From Bacteroidaceae bacterium (lineage in GTDB: Bacteria; Bacteroidota; Bacteroidia; Bacteroidales; Bacteroidaceae): 64,000 nt of DNA. Shown in pieces: positions 43,036 through 50,230 of the stretch. The position numbers and the translations under genes were made by a program. The stretch lies in contig JAFZVW010000029.1 of assembly GCA_017617635.1 (NCBI GenBank), positions 814 through 64,813 of the forward strand, given 5' to 3'. Within the stretch, counting starts at the first letter, position 1. Every line of letters begins with the position of its first letter. Below the pieces are notes generated by a model, which saw nothing but the letters and a program-made list of their open reading frames with translations, was not told the DNA's origin and did no database searches.

Positions 43036-45597
43036 TCAGACATCAATGCCGGCTGCGATGTTTGCCTTTGTCTGTTCGCTCAGGCTTTCGTAAGTGTCAG
43101 CCTCGGTCGGCATGATAGGCTCGAGGTATTCGACCTGTACCGGGTGTGTGTTGGGGAACTTGCTTGTACGCGGCATTGCCTCGAAGGCGCCTGTAATGCG
43201 GACTGGTACGATAGGTACGTTGAGCTCGCGTGAAAGGATGGCAAAGGTCTTCTTGAATTCGCCGACCTCGCCTGTATGTGTACGTGAGCCTTCGGGGAAG
43301 ATGCACAGGTTGCAGCCTTGTTGCAGGACGCGTGACATCTTCAGGATGGAGTTCTTCAGGTTGCGGCGCTCCATAATGATGATGTTGTTGCGGCGTGCCA
43401 GCAGGCGGCGCAGCGGGGTGTTGATGTGCTCCTCGGTTGCGTAGAAGTATGTCTTGCGTACCTGGCTGTACGAGAGGCCTGCAAGTGCAATGGGTGCGTC
43501 GATAAAGCTCTGATGGTTGGGAGCCAGAATGTACGGACCGCTTGCGGGGATGTTGTGCCTGCCTTTGACAGTCAGTCTGTTGTGGCAGACGATGACAAGT
43601 TTCATAAGCTTGGCCCATACGGGGTACAGGAACGAGGTGTGGGGCAGTCGTGTGCGTGCCTGCTGTTCCTTGCTCTGGTTCTGCTGGTGCAGTATCTTGT
43701 TCCAGTCGATGTCGCCGACTTCCATGCGTGTCTTGTTGCTGGCAATGTGTTCGGCCATGGCAGCGATGTTGTGGAAGGTCGCCATGCTGTCGACGTCGAT
43801 TTCGATGCCGAAGGTGTTCTCGATGAAGCCCTGCAGTCCTACCTTGTCGAGTGAGTCCATCGCGAGGTCTGTTTCGATGTGGTCGGTTCCGTGTACGGGA
43901 ATCTTCTTCTCCTGCTGGATGTAGTTCTTCAGAATCCGGTACTCGCTGCTGGTGGGCTCGGGGGTTGTCTGTACCTCGGCTGCGTGGTCCTCGCGACGGC
44001 CGGCAAGGATGTCCTTGAGCTTGTAGCGCTGCAGCTTGTCCAGCTTGGTGCGTGGCAGGTCGCCGCGGTATACCATTACTGACATCAGTTTCTTGTAGCC
44101 CGGTGCGTTGAGGTTGTATGGCTCCAGCACCTCGCGCTTGAGGGCGATTTCCAGTTCGGTGTCGCTGCGCTCTGCCGCCCACAGCGGCTGTGGTACGATA
44201 ATGGCGCGCAGCATGTCGCCGTCCTGGGCAACTGCTGCTTCCTTGACCTGATCCTCGAACTTTTCCAGTTTGTATTCTATCTCGCTGGGCTGTACGTTCT
44301 TGCCGTTAGAGAGGACGATGATTTCCTTGCAGCGGCCTGTGAGTGTGACGCGGCCGTCCTTGTCAAAGCGTGCTATGTCACCTGTGTGCAGATAGCCGTC
44401 CTTGTCGATTACGGCTGCAGTCTCCTCGGGACGGTTGTAATATCCCTGCATTACGTTTGGACCCTTGACGCAGAGTTCGCCCTCCTCGGGTGTTTCGTCG
44501 CTTCCGTCAAGGCTTATAAGCTTGCAGTGTACGCTGGGCAGAGGCAGGCCTGCACATCCGGGGATGTAGTCACCGGGGCGTGTGAAGGCGATGATGGGGG
44601 CTGTCTCGGACATGCCGTAGCCTTCGAGCAGGCAGAGTCCCAGTGTCTGCAGGCCGCTTCCGATTTCCTTGTCCAGTGCGGCTCCACCGCATACGCAGTA
44701 TTCCAGGTTGCCGCCCATCTTCTTGTGCAGGCTGTGGAATATGATGCGTGAGAAGGCTGTGCTGTTAACCTTGGCGCACAGGCTGAACAGTGCACGTGAT
44801 ATGGCGTGTGCATTGACCTGCTTCATGATGCCTGAGTAGAGTGTCTGCCACAGGCGTGGTACGCCGACGAAGATTGAAATGCGTCCGCGGCACAGGATAT
44901 TCATGATATCGGGCCCGCTCATTGACGGGCTTATTGCTACGCCGCCGCCCATGATTATCGGGGCTATCATACATCCCATGAGCGGGAGTATGTGGTGCAG
45001 TGGCAGGAGTATGAGTGTGCGTCGGTGGTCGTTGAAGACGGGTACCTCGAATGCCACGCTCTTGATATTTGCCCACAGGTTTGCAAAACTGAGCATTACG
45101 CCCTTGGGAGAACCTGTCGTTCCGCTGGTGTATATGATGACTGCGGTCTCGCTGTGCTTGCGTCCCCAGCCCACTGTTGTGTCTGAGAGGGTTTCCACGT
45201 CATTGTTGTCGGAAGCCAGTGGTGTCTGGAGCGGTGCATCCTCGTAGTCGTCGATAACCAGAACGGATGTCTGTGCGCCTGTCTCCTTTATTGCCTCGCG
45301 TGCAACAGCTTCGCGGTCACGGGATACCCAGATGCATGACGGACTGCAGTCGTTGATGATGTATGCCACATCGTGAGCCGAGTTGGATGCGTCTACGGGT
45401 ACAGGGATGCCTCCGTTCTTCCATACCGAGAAGAAGGCATATATCCATCCTGCGCGGTTCTCGCTGAATATCAGGGTCTTGGTGTCTGTACCCTTGGGTG
45501 TGAAGCTGGCATAGTGGTCTATGCGTGCCAACAGCTCGGAATAGGAAATTTCCTGTGTGGCTGTGATAATTGCGGTTTTGTTGAAATCCTTGATCAT
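43036..45597 (-). CDS. Tri-domain fusion: AMP-dependent acyl ligase, carrier-protein (PP-binding)-like domain, and PlsC/LPLAT-type acyltransferase
   Basis: AMP-binding motifs IIYTSGTTGSPKG and YLHTGDIARFDKDGRVTLTGRCKE. Carrier-like LAMDSLDKVGLQGFIE. Acyltransferase motifs APNHQSFIDAP (HxxxxD) and IFPEGSRT. Start at the ATG at 45597 (MIKDFNKTA). Confidence 0.8.
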   Translation of the reverse strand: MIKDFNKTAIITATQEISYSELLARIDHYASFTPKGTDTKTLIFSENRAGWIYAFFSVWKNGGIPVPVDASNSAHDVAYIINDCSPSCIWVSRDREAVAREAIKETGAQTSVLVIDDYEDAPLQTPLASDNNDVETLSDTTVGWGRKHSETAVIIYTSGTTGSPKGVMLSFANLWANIKSVAFEVPVFNDHRRTLILLPLHHILPLMGCMIAPIIMGGGVAISPSMSGPDIMNILCRGRISIFVGVPRLWQTLYSGIMKQVNAHAISRALFSLCAKVNSTAFSRIIFHSLHKKMGGNLEYCVCGGAALDKEIGSGLQTLGLCLLEGYGMSETAPIIAFTRPGDYIPGCAGLPLPSVHCKLISLDGSDETPEEGELCVKGPNVMQGYYNRPEETAAVIDKDGYLHTGDIARFDKDGRVTLTGRCKEIIVLSNGKNVQPSEIEYKLEKFEDQVKEAAVAQDGDMLRAIIVPQPLWAAERSDTELEIALKREVLEPYNLNAPGYKKLMSVMVYRGDLPRTKLDKLQRYKLKDILAGRREDHAAEVQTTPEPTSSEYRILKNYIQQEKKIPVHGTDHIETDLAMDSLDKVGLQGFIENTFGIEIDVDSMATFHNIAAMAEHIASNKTRMEVGDIDWNKILHQQNQSKEQQARTRLPHTSFLYPVWAKLMKLVIVCHNRLTVKGRHNIPASGPYILAPNHQSFIDAPIALAGLSYSQVRKTYFYATEEHINTPLRRLLARRNNIIIMERRNLKNSILKMSRVLQQGCNLCIFPEGSRTHTGEVGEFKKTFAILSRELNVPIVPVRITGAFEAMPRTSKFPNTHPVQVEYLEPIMPTEADTYESLSEQTKANIAAGIDV

Positions 45598-45657
45598 TGT
45601 TGAACTGATGTTGGTTTGCTTGTTTGCGTAACCCGGAATTACATTATACTCACGTGA

Positions 45658-45665
45658 CAAAGTTA
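45658..45665 (-). promoter_or_regulatory. -7 promoter box (TAACTTTG, minus strand) for the acyl-ligase fusion gene
   Basis: Plus strand reads caaagtta, 61 nt upstream of the ATG at 45597. Confidence 0.4.
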
Positions 45666-45729
45666 CGTTTTTTTTTCGTAAAAGCAAAACTCATACATCC
45701 AAAAGCGTGTCTATGTCGGTCTAAATGTT

Positions 45730-45737
45730 TAACTTTG
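45730..45737 (+). promoter_or_regulatory. -7 promoter box TAACTTTG immediately upstream of the HAD hydrolase ATG
   Basis: Exact TAnnTTTG match ending 6 nt before the ATG at 45744. Confidence 0.4.
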
Positions 45738-45743
45738 TGTGCG

Positions 45744-46403
45744 ATGAACGGAATCAGGAATATTATCTGGGATATGGACGGAACGCTGATGGATACATTG
45801 CAGGACCTGGCAATGGCTGTGAATCATGCGCTCAGGAAATACAATATGCCGGAGCGCAGTATGGAGCAGATACGGCGCTCGGTGGGAAACGGCGTCAGGC
45901 GGCTGGTCATGCTTTCTGTGCCTGACGGGGAGCATAATCCGCAGTTTCAGTCGGTGTTTGACGAGTTCCGCAGCTGGTATCTGCTGCATTGCGAGGACCA
46001 TACCGTTCCGTATGACGGTATTCAGGAGGTGTTGCACGGGCTGAAGGCTGCGGGCTACAGGATGGCTATCGTGTCGAACAAGTTGCAGGAGGGCATAGAC
46101 GAACTGCACAGGCGCTGGTTTGCCGATACCATAGACGTGGCTATCGGCGAGCGTCCCGGTGTTGCTCGCAAGCCTGCGGCGGATATGGTGCAGCTGGCAA
46201 TGGGGGAGTTGGGGGCAACGGTTCAGGACAGCGTGTACATAGGTGACAGTGATGTGGACCTGGCGACGGCACGTAATGCGGGTCTGCCGTGTATCAGTGT
46301 GCTGTGGGGATTCAGGACACGCGAGGAATTGCTGCAGGTCGGTGCAGACTGTTTCGTCGAAAGGCCGCAGGATATAAGGTTAATTCTAAATAAGGAAATA
46401 TGA
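45744..46403 (+). CDS. HAD-superfamily hydrolase (phosphoglycolate-phosphatase-like)
   Basis: HAD motif I IIWDMDGTLMDT, motif II VSNK, and motif IV GDSDVD. Start at the internal ATG (MNGIRNI). Confidence 0.8.
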   Translation: MNGIRNIIWDMDGTLMDTLQDLAMAVNHALRKYNMPERSMEQIRRSVGNGVRRLVMLSVPDGEHNPQFQSVFDEFRSWYLLHCEDHTVPYDGIQEVLHGLKAAGYRMAIVSNKLQEGIDELHRRWFADTIDVAIGERPGVARKPAADMVQLAMGELGATVQDSVYIGDSDVDLATARNAGLPCISVLWGFRTREELLQVGADCFVERPQDIRLILNKEI

Positions 46404-47575
46404 GTGTTGCAGTATTTATTATCGCTACGGTTGCTGTTGCAGCAATGTTTGTCGTAGGCTACGTCATGGGACGTCGCAGTATGGGTGATCAGAAGGAGGA
46501 GATGCGTCTGCAGATGAACCTCATCAGCGAGCAGCTTAAGAGTACGAGTGAGAATGTACTGAAGACCCGTCAGCAGGAATTGGGTGAAAGCAACCGCCAG
46601 CAGGTTTCGCAGATTATCGATCCCTTGCAGAAGAGCCTGGAGGAAATGTCCCGTGCCCTGGAGAGCAACCGTCTGCAGCAGCGTGATGCCCTGACACGTC
46701 TGGACGCGACGATTCAGGCCAATATGAAGCAGAGCAGCGCCTTGGGAGAGAGAGCCGACAGGCTTACACGTGCACTGACGGGGGAGGTGAAGATCCAGGG
46801 TACGTTCGGTGAATTGAAACTGCGCCAGCTGCTCGAGGATATGGAGTTGCGCGAGGGTGAGCAGTACGATACCCAGGAAACTCTGCGTGACAGCAGCGGC
46901 CGTGCAATAAAGAGCGAGGAGGGTAGTAACCTGGTTCCCGACTATATCCTGCATTTCCCGCAGAACCGTCATGTCGTGGTGGACTGCAAGATGAGCCTGA
47001 CTGCCTATGAGCGTTATGTAAATGCCGAGACGCAGGAGGAGCGCACCATGTATCTGCAGGAACATCTGAACAGTGTCCGCAGGCAGGTCAAGCTGTTGGC
47101 ACGCAAGGATTATACACGCTATCTGCCCAAGGGTTATAACAAGTTGAATTTCGCCATTATGTACCTGCCTATCGAGGGTGCGCTGAATCTGGCACTGGAG
47201 AATGACACAGCCCTGTGGAACGAGGCATATCGCGAGGGTGTCATGATTCTGGGTCCGCAGACGATGTATATGAATCTGCGCGTGCTGGAGATGATGTGGA
47301 CACAGATACGTCAGCTGGAGAACCAGGAGCAGATGATGAAGGCAGCTAATATGATTGTGGAAAGGGTACAGGACTTCAGCAAGCGATTTGACGATGTCGA
47401 GCACAGTATGCAGGACACGGTACGCAAGATGGAGTCACTGCGCATAACCACTGCCGAATCAGGCCCAGGAATCATAACCGCTGCACGAGCCCTGATCAAG
47501 GCCGGCGCACAGGAAAACCGCCGCAAGAAAACCCTGGAAGATAATGCGCTGCAAGTAGGTCAAGGCTGCGATTGA
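46400..47575 (+). CDS. rmuC: DNA recombination protein RmuC
   Basis: 391 aa: N-terminal TM, coiled coil, then a nuclease-like core (PDYILHFPQNRHVVVDCKMSLTAYERY ... AIMYLPIEG). ATGA overlap with the HAD gene. Confidence 0.85.
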   Translation: MSVAVFIIATVAVAAMFVVGYVMGRRSMGDQKEEMRLQMNLISEQLKSTSENVLKTRQQELGESNRQQVSQIIDPLQKSLEEMSRALESNRLQQRDALTRLDATIQANMKQSSALGERADRLTRALTGEVKIQGTFGELKLRQLLEDMELREGEQYDTQETLRDSSGRAIKSEEGSNLVPDYILHFPQNRHVVVDCKMSLTAYERYVNAETQEERTMYLQEHLNSVRRQVKLLARKDYTRYLPKGYNKLNFAIMYLPIEGALNLALENDTALWNEAYREGVMILGPQTMYMNLRVLEMMWTQIRQLENQEQMMKAANMIVERVQDFSKRFDDVEHSMQDTVRKMESLRITTAESGPGIITAARALIKAGAQENRRKKTLEDNALQVGQGCD

Positions 47576-47625
47576 GCGAGAGGAGAATGAGGTGCGAAAA
47601 ATCTTTTCACTGACCCCTTCTCAAA

Positions 47626-47742
47626 CTTTATTATTAAGAAAGGGGGTATACCTTCTTATTAAGAAAGGCGGTTGCTCTTTCCTTAAAAGAATATGGTGCT
47701 TTCTTCTTAAGAGAGTTTGGTGCTTTCTTAGTAAGAAAGTTT
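47626..47742. repeat. Array of five imperfect palindromes (CTTTCTTA-n-TAAGAAAG type) spaced about 24 bp apart
   Basis: Copies start at 47626, 47651, 47677, 47699 and 47723. The last, ctttcttagtaagaaag, is a perfect 8+1+8 palindrome. The last two 24-bp units (47695-47718 and 47719-47742) match at about 20 of 24 positions. Confidence 0.85.
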
Positions 47743-47887
47743 CGGCCCCGTCTGGAACGAGGTTTTTATCAGTAACAAAAACGAGGTAGCGTTTTTCCCG
47801 TATCATAAGGTTAATGTTTTTCAGTGTTCCCGACGGGCATTATAACTATCTTTTTGCCTTTTTCTTGGCACTTATCAGATAAATCGT

Positions 47888-47895
47888 TAAATTTG
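47888..47895 (+). promoter_or_regulatory. Candidate -7 promoter box TAAATTTG for the C10 peptidase gene
   Basis: Exact TAnnTTTG match, 134 nt upstream of the ATG at 48029. Confidence 0.35.
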
Positions 47896-48028
47896 TTGGA
47901 AGAAACCGCAACATAAAACCCACCTATGCGGCGACCACGACTCGGCCTTTCAATACCTACTGGCCGAGGTTGCCAAACTAAACCTCCACCCAAAACCGGA
48001 ATCCCAATCATAATAAAATCTATTTCAC

Positions 48029-49837
48029 ATGGGAATAAAAACTACCCCCTCTCTCTTTGTTATTTTCACAACTCTAATACTATTTGCCGTATGCGCCTTG
48101 CCCGTTAAAGGACAGACAACACAGGTGCTGGATGCTGGAAAGACATTTTTGCTAAGTAAAGGAATTCCTGCAGATTCATTACAGTTGGAAGAAGTCGTGT
48201 TCCACGACGAATGCCACGTTCTTGAAAACAGATTGCGCTATGGCGGATGGGTGATTGTTGCTGATGAGCAATACCACAAGTTCCTGTCATCTCCCGTCCT
48301 GGCTTTTTCTACACGCGGGTACTTTGGAAAAAGCATACACAAATTTCATCAGAGGATTTTTGCCGATTATGCCACTCGACTGAAGGAAATCAAGCAAAAC
48401 GGCACAGACAGCGATTCGCTGATGCAGATTACACGAAACTGGCAGACAGTCCAGCCCTTATTGGGCGACATTGCATGGAACCAGTGCGATTTGCCGATAA
48501 ATTTTGGCGAAAAATCAGTCCATGTCAAGTCCGGTTGTGTCGGCACAGCCGAGGCACAACTACTGAAATACTGGAGTCATCCAGACCACATTACCGGAAA
48601 TGTAGAGTTCATGGTAGACTCAGTTTCCAGAAAATACCTGCTATGTCGCGTGGACGGAATGACACTGACATGGCAAACCTTCCCCGCCAAAATGACATAT
48701 GACAAAAAGAAACGCTATACGCTGGAACGCCTACAGGCAGTATGCAGCATGACGTTGTGCGCCAGCCACGGCGCAGGTGCCACCAGCGCATTCTCTGATC
48801 AATTGAAGTATAGTATGGTGCACCACTTCGGATTTTCCACACGTATGAAAATGCTCCACAAGAGCCAAATTCGCGTAAGCAGGATGTTCGATATGGCCTA
48901 CGCCGACCTGCTTGCCCGTCGAGTTGTGTACATGGGATGTATGGGCCATGCTTTCCTATTGGACGGTTATACCGACGGCATGTTCCACCTGAACTTAGGA
49001 TGGGGTGGCATTAGGAACGGATACTACAGACCCTTTGCCGACGAACACCTGCAAATGATTACAGGCATAGAGCCAGAACATGCGGCAGACGTACCGATAG
49101 AACGTCTGATTACCGTAAAAAAAGCAGGTACGCTGGCGGAACTGCTACCCGAGGAAGAGGCGATGAAAGTTGCAAAACTGACTATCATCGGGAAACTCAA
49201 CGCCAATGACTGGCAGTTGGTGCGTCGCATGTCAGGTGCCGTAAGCACCGACGACCCCTCGTTGCCCATTGGCCGTTTGCAGGAATTAGACCTGAGCGGT
49301 GCTCATTTTGTTACGTCAAAGCAGTGGTTCCTACGTCTGCCTGCACATACGATAAGCTTAAGCGGATACTTCTATAAGACAGACTCTGTGCGTATCGGCA
49401 AGGACAAATATACCAACAGTAAAACCGTCAATTATGATATGCGCAACCTCAGCCACAAGGTTTTTACAGAACTTAAAGAGTTTGATACACAAAAGCACGA
49501 TTTCATATTAGAGGAAGAAATACCGGATACCATTTATTGGGTACAACTGGTTCTGCAGGAAGACAGATTACCCACACGCATGTTCGCCAATTGCGACAAC
49601 CTGCGCAAGATAATCTTCGGGAAGAATATCTATGATGTACGAAGCAACTGTTTTATGGACTGCACCAATCTCGAACATCTGGAATTCAGGGCAAGGAATA
49701 TCACTTTTTCCGAGGGTGCCTTTTGGGGTGCCAGACGGCTGAAAAGCATTGCCACCTACAGCCGGTCGAACCTGAAAAGTTCCATGTTCAAGCGGATTTT
49801 TGCACCCTCGCTGGAAATCCTGACGCCATCCAAATAA
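48029..49837 (+). CDS. C10 (streptopain/SpeB) family cysteine peptidase with an N-terminal pro-domain and a C-terminal BspA-type LRR region
   Basis: 602 aa with a signal peptide. Catalytic Cys context VKSGCVGTAEAQLLKYW and catalytic His context GHAFLLDGY. The C-terminal part has LRR-like F..C..L..I repeats (MFANCDNLRKIIF ... FMDCTNLEHLEF). No T9SS CTD. Confidence 0.8.
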   Translation: MGIKTTPSLFVIFTTLILFAVCALPVKGQTTQVLDAGKTFLLSKGIPADSLQLEEVVFHDECHVLENRLRYGGWVIVADEQYHKFLSSPVLAFSTRGYFGKSIHKFHQRIFADYATRLKEIKQNGTDSDSLMQITRNWQTVQPLLGDIAWNQCDLPINFGEKSVHVKSGCVGTAEAQLLKYWSHPDHITGNVEFMVDSVSRKYLLCRVDGMTLTWQTFPAKMTYDKKKRYTLERLQAVCSMTLCASHGAGATSAFSDQLKYSMVHHFGFSTRMKMLHKSQIRVSRMFDMAYADLLARRVVYMGCMGHAFLLDGYTDGMFHLNLGWGGIRNGYYRPFADEHLQMITGIEPEHAADVPIERLITVKKAGTLAELLPEEEAMKVAKLTIIGKLNANDWQLVRRMSGAVSTDDPSLPIGRLQELDLSGAHFVTSKQWFLRLPAHTISLSGYFYKTDSVRIGKDKYTNSKTVNYDMRNLSHKVFTELKEFDTQKHDFILEEEIPDTIYWVQLVLQEDRLPTRMFANCDNLRKIIFGKNIYDVRSNCFMDCTNLEHLEFRARNITFSEGAFWGARRLKSIATYSRSNLKSSMFKRIFAPSLEILTPSK

Positions 49838-49885
49838 TTATTTTATCGTTTTCGTTTTAACCGATGCAAAAATTGTAACGCTTAA

Positions 49886-50162
49886 AACATTAACCTAAAA
49901 CAATCAGAGACGCTCGACAACGGAGACCTGCTCTTCGTCCTCTACAGCATGGACCTCAATCCATTCAAGGATGGCGAACTGCTCCGCCTTCCCGTCAATG
50001 GAACATTAGACGGTGATACCAGCCTTTACACGATTCGCTATGCAAGTGCAGATGCTGTGAGCCACGAGGGGAATAATCTATAGTGTCTTTGGGCAGCGAT
50101 TGGGCAAGATGCAGAAAGGCATCAATATCGTTGGTGGAAAGAAGATAATGTTGAAAGAATAG
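49886..50162 (+). pseudogene. Frameshifted 3' remnant of a gene for a T9SS-sorted protein
   Basis: Frame 1 (49886-50083) reads ...DNGDLLFVLYSMDLNPFKDGELLRLPVNGTLDGDTSLYTIRYASADAVSHEGNNL*. The overlapping frame (50076-50162) reads IYSVFGQRLGKMQKGINIVGGKKIMLKE*, a classic T9SS CTD end. There is no start codon or N-terminal part. Confidence 0.65.
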
Positions 50163-50170
50163 AAGTTGAA

Positions 50171-50201
50171 GCGCCTGATGGAAGAAAAATCCATCAGGCG
50201 C
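50171..50201. terminator. Bidirectional Rho-independent terminator
   Basis: Perfect 12-bp stem gcgcctgatgga / tccatcaggcgc with loop agaaaaa. It sits between the CTD remnant and the convergent GH18 gene. Confidence 0.8.
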
Positions 50202-50230
50202 TTATTCTTGAACGGCGGAGGGATAGATAT

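Noticed and set aside
46223-47404. 393-aa ORF on the minus strand covering almost all of rmuC.
   Set aside because: It is antisense to a gene with clear RmuC motifs. Its product is low-complexity and Leu/Gln/His-rich, with no start context or recognisable motif. This is a typical shadow ORF caused by the codon bias of the real gene.
47626-47742. CRISPR array.
   Set aside because: The units are directly adjacent (about 24 bp) with no unique spacers. There are only 5 degenerate copies and no cas genes. The heptamer arrays fail the same test.
47592-47806. 65-aa (+) and 61-aa (-) ORFs crossing the palindrome array.
   Set aside because: The + ORF starts at GTG. Both peptides are just the periodic translation of the 24-bp DNA repeat (LLIKKG/FLKRIW/FLLKRVW). 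I treat this as non-coding repeat DNA.
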